64,000 bases of DNA. It comes from Trichormus sp. ATA11-4-KO1. GTDB taxonomy: Bacteria > Cyanobacteriota > Cyanobacteriia > Cyanobacteriales > Nostocaceae. The stretch lies in assembly GCA_019358915.1 (NCBI GenBank), contig JAHHIM010000009.1, positions 1 through 64,000 of the forward strand. The letters are read 5' to 3'. Shown piece by piece: positions 43,206 to 52,817 of this stretch (its first letter is position 1; each line of letters starts with the position of its first letter). The position numbers and the translations under genes are program-made. The notes below the pieces were generated by a model, which saw only the letters and a program-made list of their open reading frames with translations, made no database searches and was not told the DNA's origin.

Positions 43206-45176
43206 ATGGGAAAAGTTATTGGAATCGACTTAGGCACTACAAACAGTTGCGTCGCCGTTTTGGAAGGTGGTCAACCGATTGTGATCTCCAACACAGAAGG
43301 CGGACGTACCACACCGAGTATTGTGGGATTTGGTAAGGGTGGCGATCGCTTGGTCGGTCAGCTGGCAAAGCGCCAAGCCGTAACTAATGCTGAAAACACA
43401 ATCTACAGTATCAAGCGATTCATCGGTCGTCGCTGGGAGGATACTGAAATCGAACGCAGTCGCGTACCTTATACCTGTATTAAAGGTCGAGATGATACTG
43501 TTGATGTCCAAATTCGCGGACGAAACTACACGCCTCAAGAAATTTCCGCTATGGTTCTGCAAAAACTCAAGCAGGATGCGGAAAATTTCTTGGGTGAAAC
43601 TGTCACTCAGGCAGTAATTACCGTACCAGCATATTTCACAGATGCTCAAAGACAAGCCACTAAAGATGCAGGTACTATTGCCGGATTAGAAGTTTTACGC
43701 ATCATCAATGAACCAACTGCTGCGGCTTTAGCCTTTGGTTTGGAAAAACAAGACCAAGAGCAGCTAATTTTAGTATTTGATTTAGGAGGTGGCACCTTCG
43801 ATGTCTCTATCCTGCAACTTGGGGATGGAGTATTTGAAGTTAAGGCCACTTGTGGTAACAACCATTTAGGTGGGGACGACTTTGATAACTCCATCGTGCG
43901 CTGGATGATTGAACGCTTTGAGCAACAAGAGAAAATCGACCTCTCCACTGACAAGATGGCACTGCAACGCCTGCGGGAAGCAGCAGAGAAGGCAAAAATT
44001 GAACTTTCCAGCATGGCGAGTACTTCCATAAACTTGCCGTTTATCACTGCCGATGAGACTGGGCCGAAGCATCTGGAGATGGAACTCAGTCGTGCTAAAT
44101 TTGAAGAATTGGCAGGGCGTTTAATTGAAGCTACCATCGAGCCGATGATTCAAGCTCTCAAAGACGCAGACCTCAAACCACAAGACATAGAGCGAATTAT
44201 TTTAGTAGGTGGTTCCACCCGTATTCCCGCAGTTCAAAATGCCCTGGTCAAATTTTTTCATGGTAAAGCACCAGATCGCTCTATTAACCCCGATGAAGCA
44301 GTAGCGCTGGGAGCTGCTATTCAAGCAGGAGTACTGGGTGGCGAAGTTGATAATCTCCTATTACTAGATGTCACTCCTCTGTCCTTAGGAATTGAAACTT
44401 TGGGAGAAGTGTTCACTAAAATCATTGAACGTAACACAACAATTCCTACCAGCAAATCTCAAGTTTTTTCTACAGCCGTTGATGGACAAACCTCCGTGGA
44501 AATCCACGTTCTCCAAGGAGAAAGGGCAATGGCACGGGATAACAAAAGTTTAGGTAAGTTTCTGCTAGCAGGAATACCCCCATCTCCCCGTGGTGTCCCA
44601 CAAATAGAAGTATCTTTTGAAATTGATGTCAACGGCATCCTCAAGGTTAGTGCCCAAGATAAAGGCACTGGGCGGGAACAGAGTATTCGGATTACTAATA
44701 CAGGTGGTCTAAGTACCAACGAAGTAGAACGGATGCGGCAAGAAGCTGAAGTATTTGCCGAAGAAGACAAAAAACGTAAAGAACTGGTTGATCTCAAAAA
44801 CCAAGCGGATAATCTTTTGTTCAGCTATGAATCGACCTTAAAGGATAATGCTGACTTTATTGGTGAGCAGATGAAAGTTTTAGCCAATGAAAAAGTTACT
44901 CAACTCCAAGCCGTAATGACTAATCCCAGCATTTCGCTCACAGAATTTCAACAGCGCTTGGATGACTTTCAACAGACCTTGTTTGCTATTGGTGCTGATG
45001 TATACAACCGAGCTAACGACCAAGATGGAAACGAAGTTAATAAAGTTGAAGAAGTTTCAGATAGCTTGTTGTCCTCGGAATTGGAACAACCTATGAATGG
45101 CACACTGATACCACAATTCAACTTTGATTTTGATGATGAAAGTACAGCACAGGCGGATTACGAGGCGATAGATTAG
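43206..45176 (+). CDS. dnaK: Hsp70 chaperone DnaK
   Basis: [32 protein letters not shown]. Confidence 0.97.
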   Translation: MGKVIGIDLGTTNSCVAVLEGGQPIVISNTEGGRTTPSIVGFGKGGDRLVGQLAKRQAVTNAENTIYSIKRFIGRRWEDTEIERSRVPYTCIKGRDDTVDVQIRGRNYTPQEISAMVLQKLKQDAENFLGETVTQAVITVPAYFTDAQRQATKDAGTIAGLEVLRIINEPTAAALAFGLEKQDQEQLILVFDLGGGTFDVSILQLGDGVFEVKATCGNNHLGGDDFDNSIVRWMIERFEQQEKIDLSTDKMALQRLREAAEKAKIELSSMASTSINLPFITADETGPKHLEMELSRAKFEELAGRLIEATIEPMIQALKDADLKPQDIERIILVGGSTRIPAVQNALVKFFHGKAPDRSINPDEAVALGAAIQAGVLGGEVDNLLLLDVTPLSLGIETLGEVFTKIIERNTTIPTSKSQVFSTAVDGQTSVEIHVLQGERAMARDNKSLGKFLLAGIPPSPRGVPQIEVSFEIDVNGILKVSAQDKGTGREQSIRITNTGGLSTNEVERMRQEAEVFAEEDKKRKELVDLKNQADNLLFSYESTLKDNADFIGEQMKVLANEKVTQLQAVMTNPSISLTEFQQRLDDFQQTLFAIGADVYNRANDQDGNEVNKVEEVSDSLLSSELEQPMNGTLIPQFNFDFDDESTAQADYEAID

Positions 45177-45327
45177 GGAGTAGAGAGTGGGGAGTTAGGG
45201 TAGAAGAAGTTTCCCCATTCCCGATTCCCTATTCCCCAGTCACTAATTTTGTTAGATTGTAGAAGCGAATTACCGTGGGCTAGACAATAATGTCCCAGTA
45301 CAAATGCGCTCAAATGCATATGGAGGG

Positions 45328-45510
45328 TTTTCCGCACCTGATTGTGCGGCTAGCCCCTATGGTTTATGAGCAGGATTTTCCCCTACTAAGTAGCACAATT
45401 GTAAAGGAGACAGCCCTGGCTCCTAACTTTGGCAGCTTTTGTCGTCTCCCATGAGGAAAGCAACTGTTGCTTCGGGCTTGCTGGTGATTTTTGTAAAAGG
45501 TACACGGTAA
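45328..45510 (+). ncRNA. ssrS: 6S RNA (probable)
   Basis: About 183-nt rod: closing ccgcacct/aggtacacgg, then cggctagccc/gggcttgctg. UGAGCAGGAUUUUC resembles the E. coli 6S bubble; hairpin aagcaac/gttgctt; inner ggagac/gtctcc. G-U pairs favour the plus strand; ends approximate. Confidence 0.7.
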
Positions 45511-45546
45511 AATCAATATATTAATAAAAATTTAATTTTGCCTTCT

Positions 45547-45719
45547 GCCTAGCTTCCGGCAAGTCGCCCGACTAAGGACACTGCGTTCAGGAAAAAATTC
45601 GCCTAAGCGAGTTTTCGCCCTTGGATGAACAGAGTGGGTAATCCCAATTGTGATGACTACCGTCCCGTGCTGAGCAGCCGTTCCTTAGGGATACGACTTA
45701 CCGTAGGGTAGTCAGTGTC
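45547..45719. other. Unassigned structured non-coding element splitting a 20-nt repeat
   Basis: Several nested helices plus long-range complementarity; see findings. Confidence 0.6.
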
Positions 45720-45771
45720 TATGGCGTTTATTGCCTTCTGCTTTCTTCCTCCTAACTTTTACCTTTGCTAT

Positions 45772-46902
45772 ATGGCCCGCGACTATTATGAAATTCTGGG
45801 TGTCTCTCGTGACGCCGACAAAGAAGAAATAAAACAAGCCTACCGCCGTTTAGCCCGGAAGTATCACCCAGATGTGAACAAAGAACCGGGAGCAGAAGAG
45901 CGGTTTAAAGAAATTAACCGCGCTTATGAAGTGCTGTCCGAGCCAGATGTTCGAGAGCGTTACAACCGTTTTGGTGAAGCTGGTGTTGCAGGTGGTGCTG
46001 GTGTAGGCTTCCAAGATATGGGTGATATGGGCGGCTTTGCCGATATCTTTGAAAGTATTTTCAGTGGCTTTGCTGGTGGCGGTGTGGGTAGTCCAACACA
46101 AAGACGGCGCAGTGGGCCAGTGCGGGGTGACGACCTAAGGCTAGACCTGAAGTTAGACTTTCGAGAAGCGGTATTTGGTGGTGAAAAAGAAATACGCATT
46201 TCGCATCTGGAAGTCTGTGATGCCTGTGGTGGTTCGGGTGCAAAACCAGGAACGCGCCCTCGTACTTGTTCAACTTGTAGCGGGTCGGGTCAAGTACGCC
46301 GCGTGACTAGAACGCCTTTTGGTAGCTTTACTCAAGTCTCGACTTGTCCCACCTGTAACGGTACGGGAATGGTGATTGAAGACAAGTGTGACGCTTGTGA
46401 TGGTAAGGGGACAAATCAAGTACCCAAAAAACTGAAAATTACCATTCCGGCTGGGGTGGATAATGGCACACGCTTGCGGATCTCCCAAGAAGGAGATGCA
46501 GGACAACGCGGTGGACCTCCTGGGGATTTGTACGTCTACTTATTTGTGAATGAAGACGAAGAATTTCAAAGGGATGGCATTAACGTTCTTTCAGAAATTA
46601 AAGTTAGCTACCTGCAAGCAATTTTAGGCTGCCGTTTGGAAGTAGATACAGTAGACGGGCCAGTAGAACTGATTATCCCCCCCGGAACCCAACCAAATAC
46701 AGTCATGAAATTGGAAAATCGTGGTGTACCTCGCTTAGGTAATCCTGTCAGTCGCGGAGACCATCTGCTGACGATATTAATTGACATTCCTAACAAGGTA
46801 ACACCGGAGGAAAGAGAATTGCTGGAGAAGCTAGCTAAAATTAAGGGAGACCGTACTGGTAAAGGTGGTCTAGAAGGATTTTTGGGAAATTTGTTTAAGT
46901 AA
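45772..46902 (+). CDS. dnaJ: Chaperone DnaJ (class A)
   Basis: [16 protein letters not shown]-rich region, four CxxCxGxG repeats; start ATG 45772. Confidence 0.97.
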   Translation: MARDYYEILGVSRDADKEEIKQAYRRLARKYHPDVNKEPGAEERFKEINRAYEVLSEPDVRERYNRFGEAGVAGGAGVGFQDMGDMGGFADIFESIFSGFAGGGVGSPTQRRRSGPVRGDDLRLDLKLDFREAVFGGEKEIRISHLEVCDACGGSGAKPGTRPRTCSTCSGSGQVRRVTRTPFGSFTQVSTCPTCNGTGMVIEDKCDACDGKGTNQVPKKLKITIPAGVDNGTRLRISQEGDAGQRGGPPGDLYVYLFVNEDEEFQRDGINVLSEIKVSYLQAILGCRLEVDTVDGPVELIIPPGTQPNTVMKLENRGVPRLGNPVSRGDHLLTILIDIPNKVTPEERELLEKLAKIKGDRTGKGGLEGFLGNLFK

Positions 46903-47159
46903 TGAGTAGTCTATCCTCCCTTTTAACTCCCGATGCTCAACTTGACTTGCGTGGCACACCTTGCCCGATTAATTTCGTGCGGACAAAATTATGTCTGGAA
47001 AAAATGTCGCCGGGAGGTTTGCTGGAAGTATGGCTAGACTCTGGAGAGCCTATCGAGCAAGTTCCTGATAGCTTGACAATGGCAGGTTATCAAGTTGAGC
47101 AAATAACAGACTGTATTAGTTATTTTTCCTTGTTAGTACGCCGTCCCGTTACTGCCTAA
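46902..47159 (+). CDS. TusA/SirA-family sulfurtransferase
   Basis: LDLRGTPCPINF motif. Confidence 0.85.
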   Translation: MSSLSSLLTPDAQLDLRGTPCPINFVRTKLCLEKMSPGGLLEVWLDSGEPIEQVPDSLTMAGYQVEQITDCISYFSLLVRRPVTA

Positions 47160-48295
47160 TGAAAGTGGAAACTGTCTCTCCTACTGGACAGTTACTCGGT
47201 ACGGTACTAGCCGTGCAAGCAAATTTTTATCGAGTACAGCTGGATGAAGAAGACAAGGGGACAAGAAGACAAGGGGACAAGGGGACAAGGGGACAAGGGG
47301 ACAAGAACGAAAATGCTTCCCCATCCCCCCATCCCCCCATCCTCCTCTGCACCCGCAGAACCCGCTTGAAAAAAATTGGGCAACAGGTAATGGTGGGCGA
47401 TCGCGTGGTTGTAGAAGAGCCAGATTGGTCTGGTGGTAGGGGGGCGATTTCTGATGTACTGCCCCGTGAAAGCCAATTGGATCGTCCCGCGATCGCTAAT
47501 GTTGACCAAATTCTCTTGGTATTCGCTGTTGCTGATCCGCCTCTGGAACCTTACCAATTAAGTCGGTTTTTGCTGAAAGCTGAGTCTACTGATGTAGATG
47601 TACTTTTATGTTTGAATAAAAGTGATTTAGTTTCACCAGAGATACAACAAGAAATCAGCGATCGCCTGTTGGGTTGGGGCTATCAAGCGTTATTTATCAG
47701 CGTTGAAAATGGCATAAATATTGACAAATTAGCTCATTATCTGAGCAACAAGATTACTGTGATTGCTGGGCCTTCCGGTGTGGGGAAATCTAGCCTGATT
47801 AATGCGTTGATTCCCACTGTTAACCTGCGCGTAGGGGAAGTCTCTGGCAAATTAGCTCGTGGCCGTCATACCACCCGCCATACAGAATTATTTGAATTGC
47901 CTGAAGGTGGCTTGCTGGCAGATACTCCCGGCTTTAATCAGCCTGATTTGGATTGTAGCCCAGAAGAATTAATCTATTATTTTCCCGAAGCCAGAAAGCT
48001 TTTAGCTGAAGCTAGCTGTCGATTTAGCGATTGTCTACATCGAGATGAGCCTGATTGTGTAGTGCGGGGCGACTGGGAAAGGTATGAGCATTACTGGGAA
48101 TTTTTAGATGAGGCGATCGCCCGTCAGACTCAGCTTAACCAACAAGCTGATCCCGAATCAACGCTGAAAGTGAAAACGAAAGGTAAGGGTAAGCAGCACT
48201 ACGAACCGAAGTTAGAAAGTAAAAAGTATCGTCGCGTGTCTCGGAAAACACAGTTGCAAGAATTGGAACAGTTGTATCAAGAAAGCGAAGAGTAA
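47159..48295 (+). CDS. rsgA: Ribosome small subunit biogenesis GTPase
   Basis: VGDRV, NKSD, GPSGVGKSS, GRHTT, DTPG, CRFSDCLH.DEP.C. Confidence 0.95.
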   Translation: MKVETVSPTGQLLGTVLAVQANFYRVQLDEEDKGTRRQGDKGTRGQGDKNENASPSPHPPILLCTRRTRLKKIGQQVMVGDRVVVEEPDWSGGRGAISDVLPRESQLDRPAIANVDQILLVFAVADPPLEPYQLSRFLLKAESTDVDVLLCLNKSDLVSPEIQQEISDRLLGWGYQALFISVENGINIDKLAHYLSNKITVIAGPSGVGKSSLINALIPTVNLRVGEVSGKLARGRHTTRHTELFELPEGGLLADTPGFNQPDLDCSPEELIYYFPEARKLLAEASCRFSDCLHRDEPDCVVRGDWERYEHYWEFLDEAIARQTQLNQQADPESTLKVKTKGKGKQHYEPKLESKKYRRVSRKTQLQELEQLYQESEE

Positions 48296-48362
48296 TCATA
48301 TTGAGGGCATAGAGTTTGGTCTGTCACGGTAGCATAGATACAAACACAAACTTTGTCTTGTT

Positions 48363-49103
48363 ATGTCTCAGCCCCTTGCTGCCACATCTAGTGTAGAAGA
48401 TATCACTGAAGGTATAATTTTTCCACCAGGTGATATTTACAGTGACGAACCCCCCTTGGAATCAGACTTACACCGCGAACAAATCGACTTACTCATCCGC
48501 CTCATTAAGTGGTGGTGGCGCGATCGTCAAAACTTCTATGCTACCGGCAATTTAACTATTTATTTCAGTCCCAATCAGAAAAAATCAGAGGAATTTCGCG
48601 GCCCTGATTTTTTTGTAGTTTTAGATACAGAGAAAAAAGACCGCAAAAGCTGGGTTGTATGGCAAGAAGATGGCAAATATCCCAACTTAATTATCGAAAT
48701 GTTGTCTGATTCGACAGCAGCTATCGATAAAGGTCTAAAAAAGCAAATATACCAAAATACATTTCGCACTCCTGATTACTTTTGGTTTGACCCCAATAGC
48801 CTGGAACTACAAGGATTTCACTTAGTTGATGGACAATATCAAGAAATTGAATGTACGCCTGAAGGTTGGTTGTGGAGTCAGCAGTTAGGGCTGTATTTGG
48901 GAGTTGAGTCTAGTAAATTACGTTTTTTTACCCCAGAGAGGCAGCTGGTATTGTTGCCAGAAGAAGAAGTCAGCCAACAGTTACAGCAAACAAGCCAACA
49001 GCTAGAACAAGCCAACCAACAGCTAGAACAAGAACGTCAACGGGCTGAAAAATTAGCAGAACGCTTGCGGAACGCAGGCATTGACCCTGAGCAAATATCT
49101 TAA
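48363..49103 (+). CDS. Uma2 family endonuclease
   Basis: SDEPPLESDLH, GPDFFVV, PNLIIEMLS, YFWFDP; heptad coiled-coil tail. Confidence 0.9.
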   Translation: MSQPLAATSSVEDITEGIIFPPGDIYSDEPPLESDLHREQIDLLIRLIKWWWRDRQNFYATGNLTIYFSPNQKKSEEFRGPDFFVVLDTEKKDRKSWVVWQEDGKYPNLIIEMLSDSTAAIDKGLKKQIYQNTFRTPDYFWFDPNSLELQGFHLVDGQYQEIECTPEGWLWSQQLGLYLGVESSKLRFFTPERQLVLLPEEEVSQQLQQTSQQLEQANQQLEQERQRAEKLAERLRNAGIDPEQIS

Positions 49104-49213
49104 AGTCTTGCTAAATATAAAACTACTCTCACGATCCCCATAAAGTCTTAAAATATTGTTAATTTCGCCAAACCCCTCGTCCTTCAACTTACAAGTACTA
49201 CCCCAAAATCACT

Positions 49214-50803
49214 ATGGCTATCGGCTACGTCGCCCTTGTACTTCACGCACACCTGCCCTTCGTTCGTCACCCAGAAAGTGACTATGTGCTGGAGGAAGAA
49301 TGGCTCTATGAAGCCATTACCGAAACATACATTCCTTTATTGAAAGTATTTGAGGGCTTAAAGCGAGACGGCATCGACTTTAAAATTACGATGAGTATGA
49401 CACCGCCTCTAGTGTCGATGCTCCGTGACCCCCTACTGCAAGAACGCTATGACGCGCATTTAGCCAAATTAGAAGAACTTACAGAACTAGAAGCTGAACG
49501 AAATGTTCACAATGGGCATATTCGTTATTTAGCTGAACATTACGCTACTGAGTTTAACGAAGCTCGTGAATTATGGGAACGTTACAACGGTGACTTGGTC
49601 ACAGCTTTTAAGCAGTTCCAAGATAGTAACAATTTAGAAATTATTACTTGTGGTGCTACTCACGGTTACTTGCCATTAATGAAAATGTATCCACAAGCTG
49701 TGTGGGCACAAATTCAAGTAGCTTGTGAACACTACGAGCAAACCTTTGGACGAGCACCTAGAGGCATTTGGTTACCGGAATGCGCCTACTATGAAGGTGT
49801 TGAGCGGATGCTAGCAGATGCTGGTTTGCGCTATTTCCTCACCGACGGACATGGGATTCTTTATGCCCGTCCTCGCCCGCGTTTTGGCACTTATGCCCCG
49901 ATTTTCACAGAAACTGGTGTCGCTGCCTTTGGTCGAGATCACGAATCTTCCCAGCAAGTATGGTCTTCTGAGGTAGGCTATCCTGGTGCAGCAGAGTATC
50001 GGGAATTTTACAAAGATTTGGGCTGGGAAGCAGAATATGAGTATATTAAGCCTTACATCATGCCCAATGGTCAGCGAAAAAATACGGGCATTAAGTATCA
50101 CAAAATTACTGGCCGTGGTTTAGGTCTTTCAGATAAGGCACTCTATGATCCTTACTGGGCAAGGGAAAAGGCAGCAGAACACGCTGCTAACTTTATGTAT
50201 AATCGGGAACGACAAGCCGAACATCTGCATGGGATAATGCATCGTCCACCGATTATTGTTTCACCCTACGACGCAGAGTTGTTTGGACATTGGTGGTATG
50301 AAGGCCCTTGGTTCATTGATTACCTGTTCCGGAAGTCATGGTATGACCAAGGAACTTATGCAATGACCCATTTGGCAGATTATTTGCGAGCAGAACCGAC
50401 GCAGCAAGTTTGTCGCCCTTCGCAGTCGAGTTGGGGCTTTAAAGGTTTCCATGAATATTGGTTGAATGAGACAAATGCTTGGATTTACCCGCATTTACAT
50501 AAAGCAGCCGAGCGCATGATTGAAATATCGTACTTGGAACCAGAAGATGAATTACAGTGGAGAGCATTGAATCAAGCAGCGCGGGAACTTTTACTCGCGC
50601 AATCTTCTGACTGGGCGTTTATTATGCGGACAGGAACAATGGTACCCTATGCCGTGAGAAGAACGCGATCGCACTTGATGCGGTTTAATAAGCTCTACGA
50701 AGACGTGAAAATTGGCAAAGTCGATAGTGGTTGGCTAGAAAAAGTTGAGTTGATGGATAATATCTTCCCCAAAATCAACTATCGTGTCTATCGTCCGTTG
50801 TAA
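49214..50803 (+). CDS. GH57 family glycogen branching enzyme-like (DUF1957)
   Basis: LHAHLP, EAITETYIP, THGYLP, WLPECAY, YDAELFGHWW.EG, QSSDWAF. Confidence 0.92.
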   Translation: MAIGYVALVLHAHLPFVRHPESDYVLEEEWLYEAITETYIPLLKVFEGLKRDGIDFKITMSMTPPLVSMLRDPLLQERYDAHLAKLEELTELEAERNVHNGHIRYLAEHYATEFNEARELWERYNGDLVTAFKQFQDSNNLEIITCGATHGYLPLMKMYPQAVWAQIQVACEHYEQTFGRAPRGIWLPECAYYEGVERMLADAGLRYFLTDGHGILYARPRPRFGTYAPIFTETGVAAFGRDHESSQQVWSSEVGYPGAAEYREFYKDLGWEAEYEYIKPYIMPNGQRKNTGIKYHKITGRGLGLSDKALYDPYWAREKAAEHAANFMYNRERQAEHLHGIMHRPPIIVSPYDAELFGHWWYEGPWFIDYLFRKSWYDQGTYAMTHLADYLRAEPTQQVCRPSQSSWGFKGFHEYWLNETNAWIYPHLHKAAERMIEISYLEPEDELQWRALNQAARELLLAQSSDWAFIMRTGTMVPYAVRRTRSHLMRFNKLYEDVKIGKVDSGWLEKVELMDNIFPKINYRVYRPL

Positions 50804-50805
50804 AA

Positions 50806-50910
50806 AGTGCTGAGTGCGGCTCGACTGACTTGTACTGAGCCTTGTCGAAGTAGCTTCGCCGAACGTCTGAGTGCGCTGGCCCTGAGCGAAGTCGAAGGGG
50901 AGTGCTGAGT
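50806..50910. repeat. STRR (gtgctga) array with nested small dispersed repeats
   Basis: Core shared with 55646-55694. Confidence 0.75.
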
Positions 50911-50923
50911 AAGAAAAAAGCAA

Positions 50924-50949
50924 AACCCCCAGTCTTGTTACTGGGGGTT
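50924..50949. terminator. Terminator between convergent genes
   Basis: Perfect 10-bp stem aacccccagt/actgggggtt. Confidence 0.7.
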
Positions 50950-50986
50950 AAATTTATCAACTTATCAGCATTTTTGCAGACCGCTC

Positions 50987-51214
50987 TTATCGGGACAAAT
51001 TGCGGCTAGTGTAGGCGTCCATTGCATAGGCTGGAACACGAACACCATAGTCTGTATCCATCCCAGTAATAGACTTAGCTAACTTTTCAAAAGACTCGGA
51101 ACCCCAGTTACGCTCATGGATAGGCTTGCTTTGTTCTCCTAGAAAGTAAGCCAGCGAGCCTAAAACTGAAGCAGCTACCCAACCTACAGTCAATAATGCA
51201 ATTAAAATAGTCAT
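50987..51214 (-). CDS. Small single-TM protein, possibly Psb35-related
   Basis: One TM helix then AYFLGEQSKPIHERNW; family recalled with uncertainty. Confidence 0.55.
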   Translation of the reverse strand: MTILIALLTVGWVAASVLGSLAYFLGEQSKPIHERNWGSESFEKLAKSITGMDTDYGVRVPAYAMDAYTSRNLSR

Positions 51215-51234
51215 TGCGAACCTCTTGTTTAAAT

Positions 51235-51252
51235 TTTGTAACTTTATGTAAA
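51235..51252 (-). promoter_or_regulatory. HLR1 (RpaB-binding) direct repeat
   Basis: TTTACATA-AA-GTTACAAA fits (G/T)TTACA(T/A)(T/A)-N2-(G/T)TTACA(T/A)(T/A) exactly. Confidence 0.65.
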
Positions 51253-51552
51253 TAAATATAACGTTGTTGATACAAAAGTTGCAATCTAGTATTTTGGTAT
51301 GCTAGCCGATAAATAAGTAGGGTATTCCACACTACCGCAATGTTAAAAACTATGTGTAACAGTTGTTCAAATCCTTGAAAATAGGATTTTAGCGTTAACC
51401 CAACCAATGTACGCCTCAGATAGTTGGAAAAAACAACAAAAAATCTTTCCCACCTCCCCACCTGGAATTACCACACTTAAAACACTTCAATTATTGAAAG
51501 CTCTACGTTAAATTTGAGGTAAGTTGGGGATTTCCGCCTAGGAGATAGTGCA

Positions 51553-51783
51553 ATGGATATACTCATTGAGTCAACAAAAGAATTTGAACAAGATTTAGAG
51601 AAATTTAGTAATACAGAAAAATTTAAGATTATTAAAAAACTGAATCGATATGTAGAACTTTTATCAAAAGATAAAAATTTGATTTACCAAAATAGCACAC
51701 AATTACGAGAAATAATGAATCAGCTTAAAACCCTCTTCGCTTCTGCCTCCTGCCTTCTGCCTTCTGCCTTATCCCAGCGATAA
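51553..51783 (+). pseudogene. RelE/ParE-like toxin N-terminal fragment fused to repeat DNA
   Basis: RBS AGGAGA and MDILIESTKEFEQDLEKF; after about 51714 the ORF runs into (gccttct)n and a MITE-like end ccacctactta. Confidence 0.5.
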
Positions 51784-51821
51784 ATTTTCCCACCCACCTA
51801 CTTAAACTAATTCGTAATTAT

Positions 51822-52253
51822 TTACAAATATTTGAAAAATTCTTCTGGAACTAACCTTAGTTCGCCAGATTTAAAACGAGCAATATCTATCCATAATGCC
51901 CGATGTTTATGATGTTCTGACTCAGAAAATATTAAGCTGTCTAACTGATAAAACTGAGTATCAGCAAAATCACATTGGTACAGTTGAATAATTTCGTGAC
52001 CTTGCTTACCGTTACACGTAAATATACTTTCTATACAACCCAGATAGCGAATATTTGTTAAGTCTGCCTGGATTTCTTCTTGAAATTCTCGTTCTAAAGC
52101 AACTTGGCTGGTTTCGCCAAAGTCAACCCCACCACCCAAAGCCCGATAGAATATTTCTTGCTTTACAGGATCGTAGCCTTCAGAAACGAAAATGCGTTCG
52201 CCATCCCGAATAAGTCCTAAAGCTAGTACCCGAATTTGGCCTAGTTTACTCAT
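51822..52253 (-). CDS. NUDIX hydrolase
   Basis: GGGVDFGETSQVALEREFQEEI Nudix box. Confidence 0.92.
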   Translation of the reverse strand: MSKLGQIRVLALGLIRDGERIFVSEGYDPVKQEIFYRALGGGVDFGETSQVALEREFQEEIQADLTNIRYLGCIESIFTCNGKQGHEIIQLYQCDFADTQFYQLDSLIFSESEHHKHRALWIDIARFKSGELRLVPEEFFKYL

Positions 52254-52255
52254 AG

Positions 52256-52708
52256 TTAATTATCGTAGAGAGAGTGTGAAGGACTGTCGCTATCCTCGAC
52301 AGGCCAATCTTCATTTTCGCCACCGATGTACAAATCCTCAATAGTGACATATTCCTCATTTAACTGTTTGAGGGCATTGATTAAAATATCAAGCGCGATC
52401 GCATCACTAGTTCCCAAGTCAAACCAACAACGCGCCCACTGTCCCTCATACTCAAACTCGCCCATATTGTGCATTAGTGCCAGCAAGCTTTTGTCATATC
52501 CTTGTTGGTCATAATTCATATAATTGATATCAAGTCCTGTTTCCTGTACCTGGAGATTTTCTGCATTAAATGCACCCAATTTACCCAGATAAAACCAGGA
52601 ATTAAAAACTTCTTCTACATATTGCTTTTCACGTCCAGAAGGAATTGTGCTGAATTTTAGCCAAATCCATACATCAAAAGGGTTGATTTCACGAAACTGA
52701 ATTTGCAT
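52256..52708 (-). CDS. DUF3531 family protein
   Basis: SWFYLGKLGAFNAENLQ, WARCWFDLGTSD; start MQIQF. Confidence 0.75.
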   Translation of the reverse strand: MQIQFREINPFDVWIWLKFSTIPSGREKQYVEEVFNSWFYLGKLGAFNAENLQVQETGLDINYMNYDQQGYDKSLLALMHNMGEFEYEGQWARCWFDLGTSDAIALDILINALKQLNEEYVTIEDLYIGGENEDWPVEDSDSPSHSLYDN

Positions 52709-52817
52709 CTGACTTATAGTTACTCTTACTGAGAATAAGCATATCAGGATGGGAGTGGAGAGTGGGAAGATGGGGAAAAGGGGAATAGCCAATACTCTAT
52801 TCCCTATTCCCTATTCC

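Noticed and set aside
43230..44797. Several long antisense ORFs opposite dnaK
   Set aside because: Typical shadow ORFs from codon bias of a conserved gene; no independent motifs.
45557..45700. Hammerhead, HEARO/omegaRNA or complete group I/II intron identity for the structured insert
   Set aside because: CUGAUGA/GAAA core and group II domain V not found, and it is short for these classes; GTAAGT at one end is treated as coincidence.
45715..45771. N-terminal extension of DnaJ in the ORF track
   Set aside because: Encoded by repeat DNA; the canonical start MARDYY is at 45772.
48970..49040. 21-nt repeats in the Uma2 gene
   Set aside because: Ordinary heptad coiled-coil tail, common in this family.
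52709..52792. N-terminal extension of the DUF3531 ORF
   Set aside because: Derived from STRR-like intergenic sequence.
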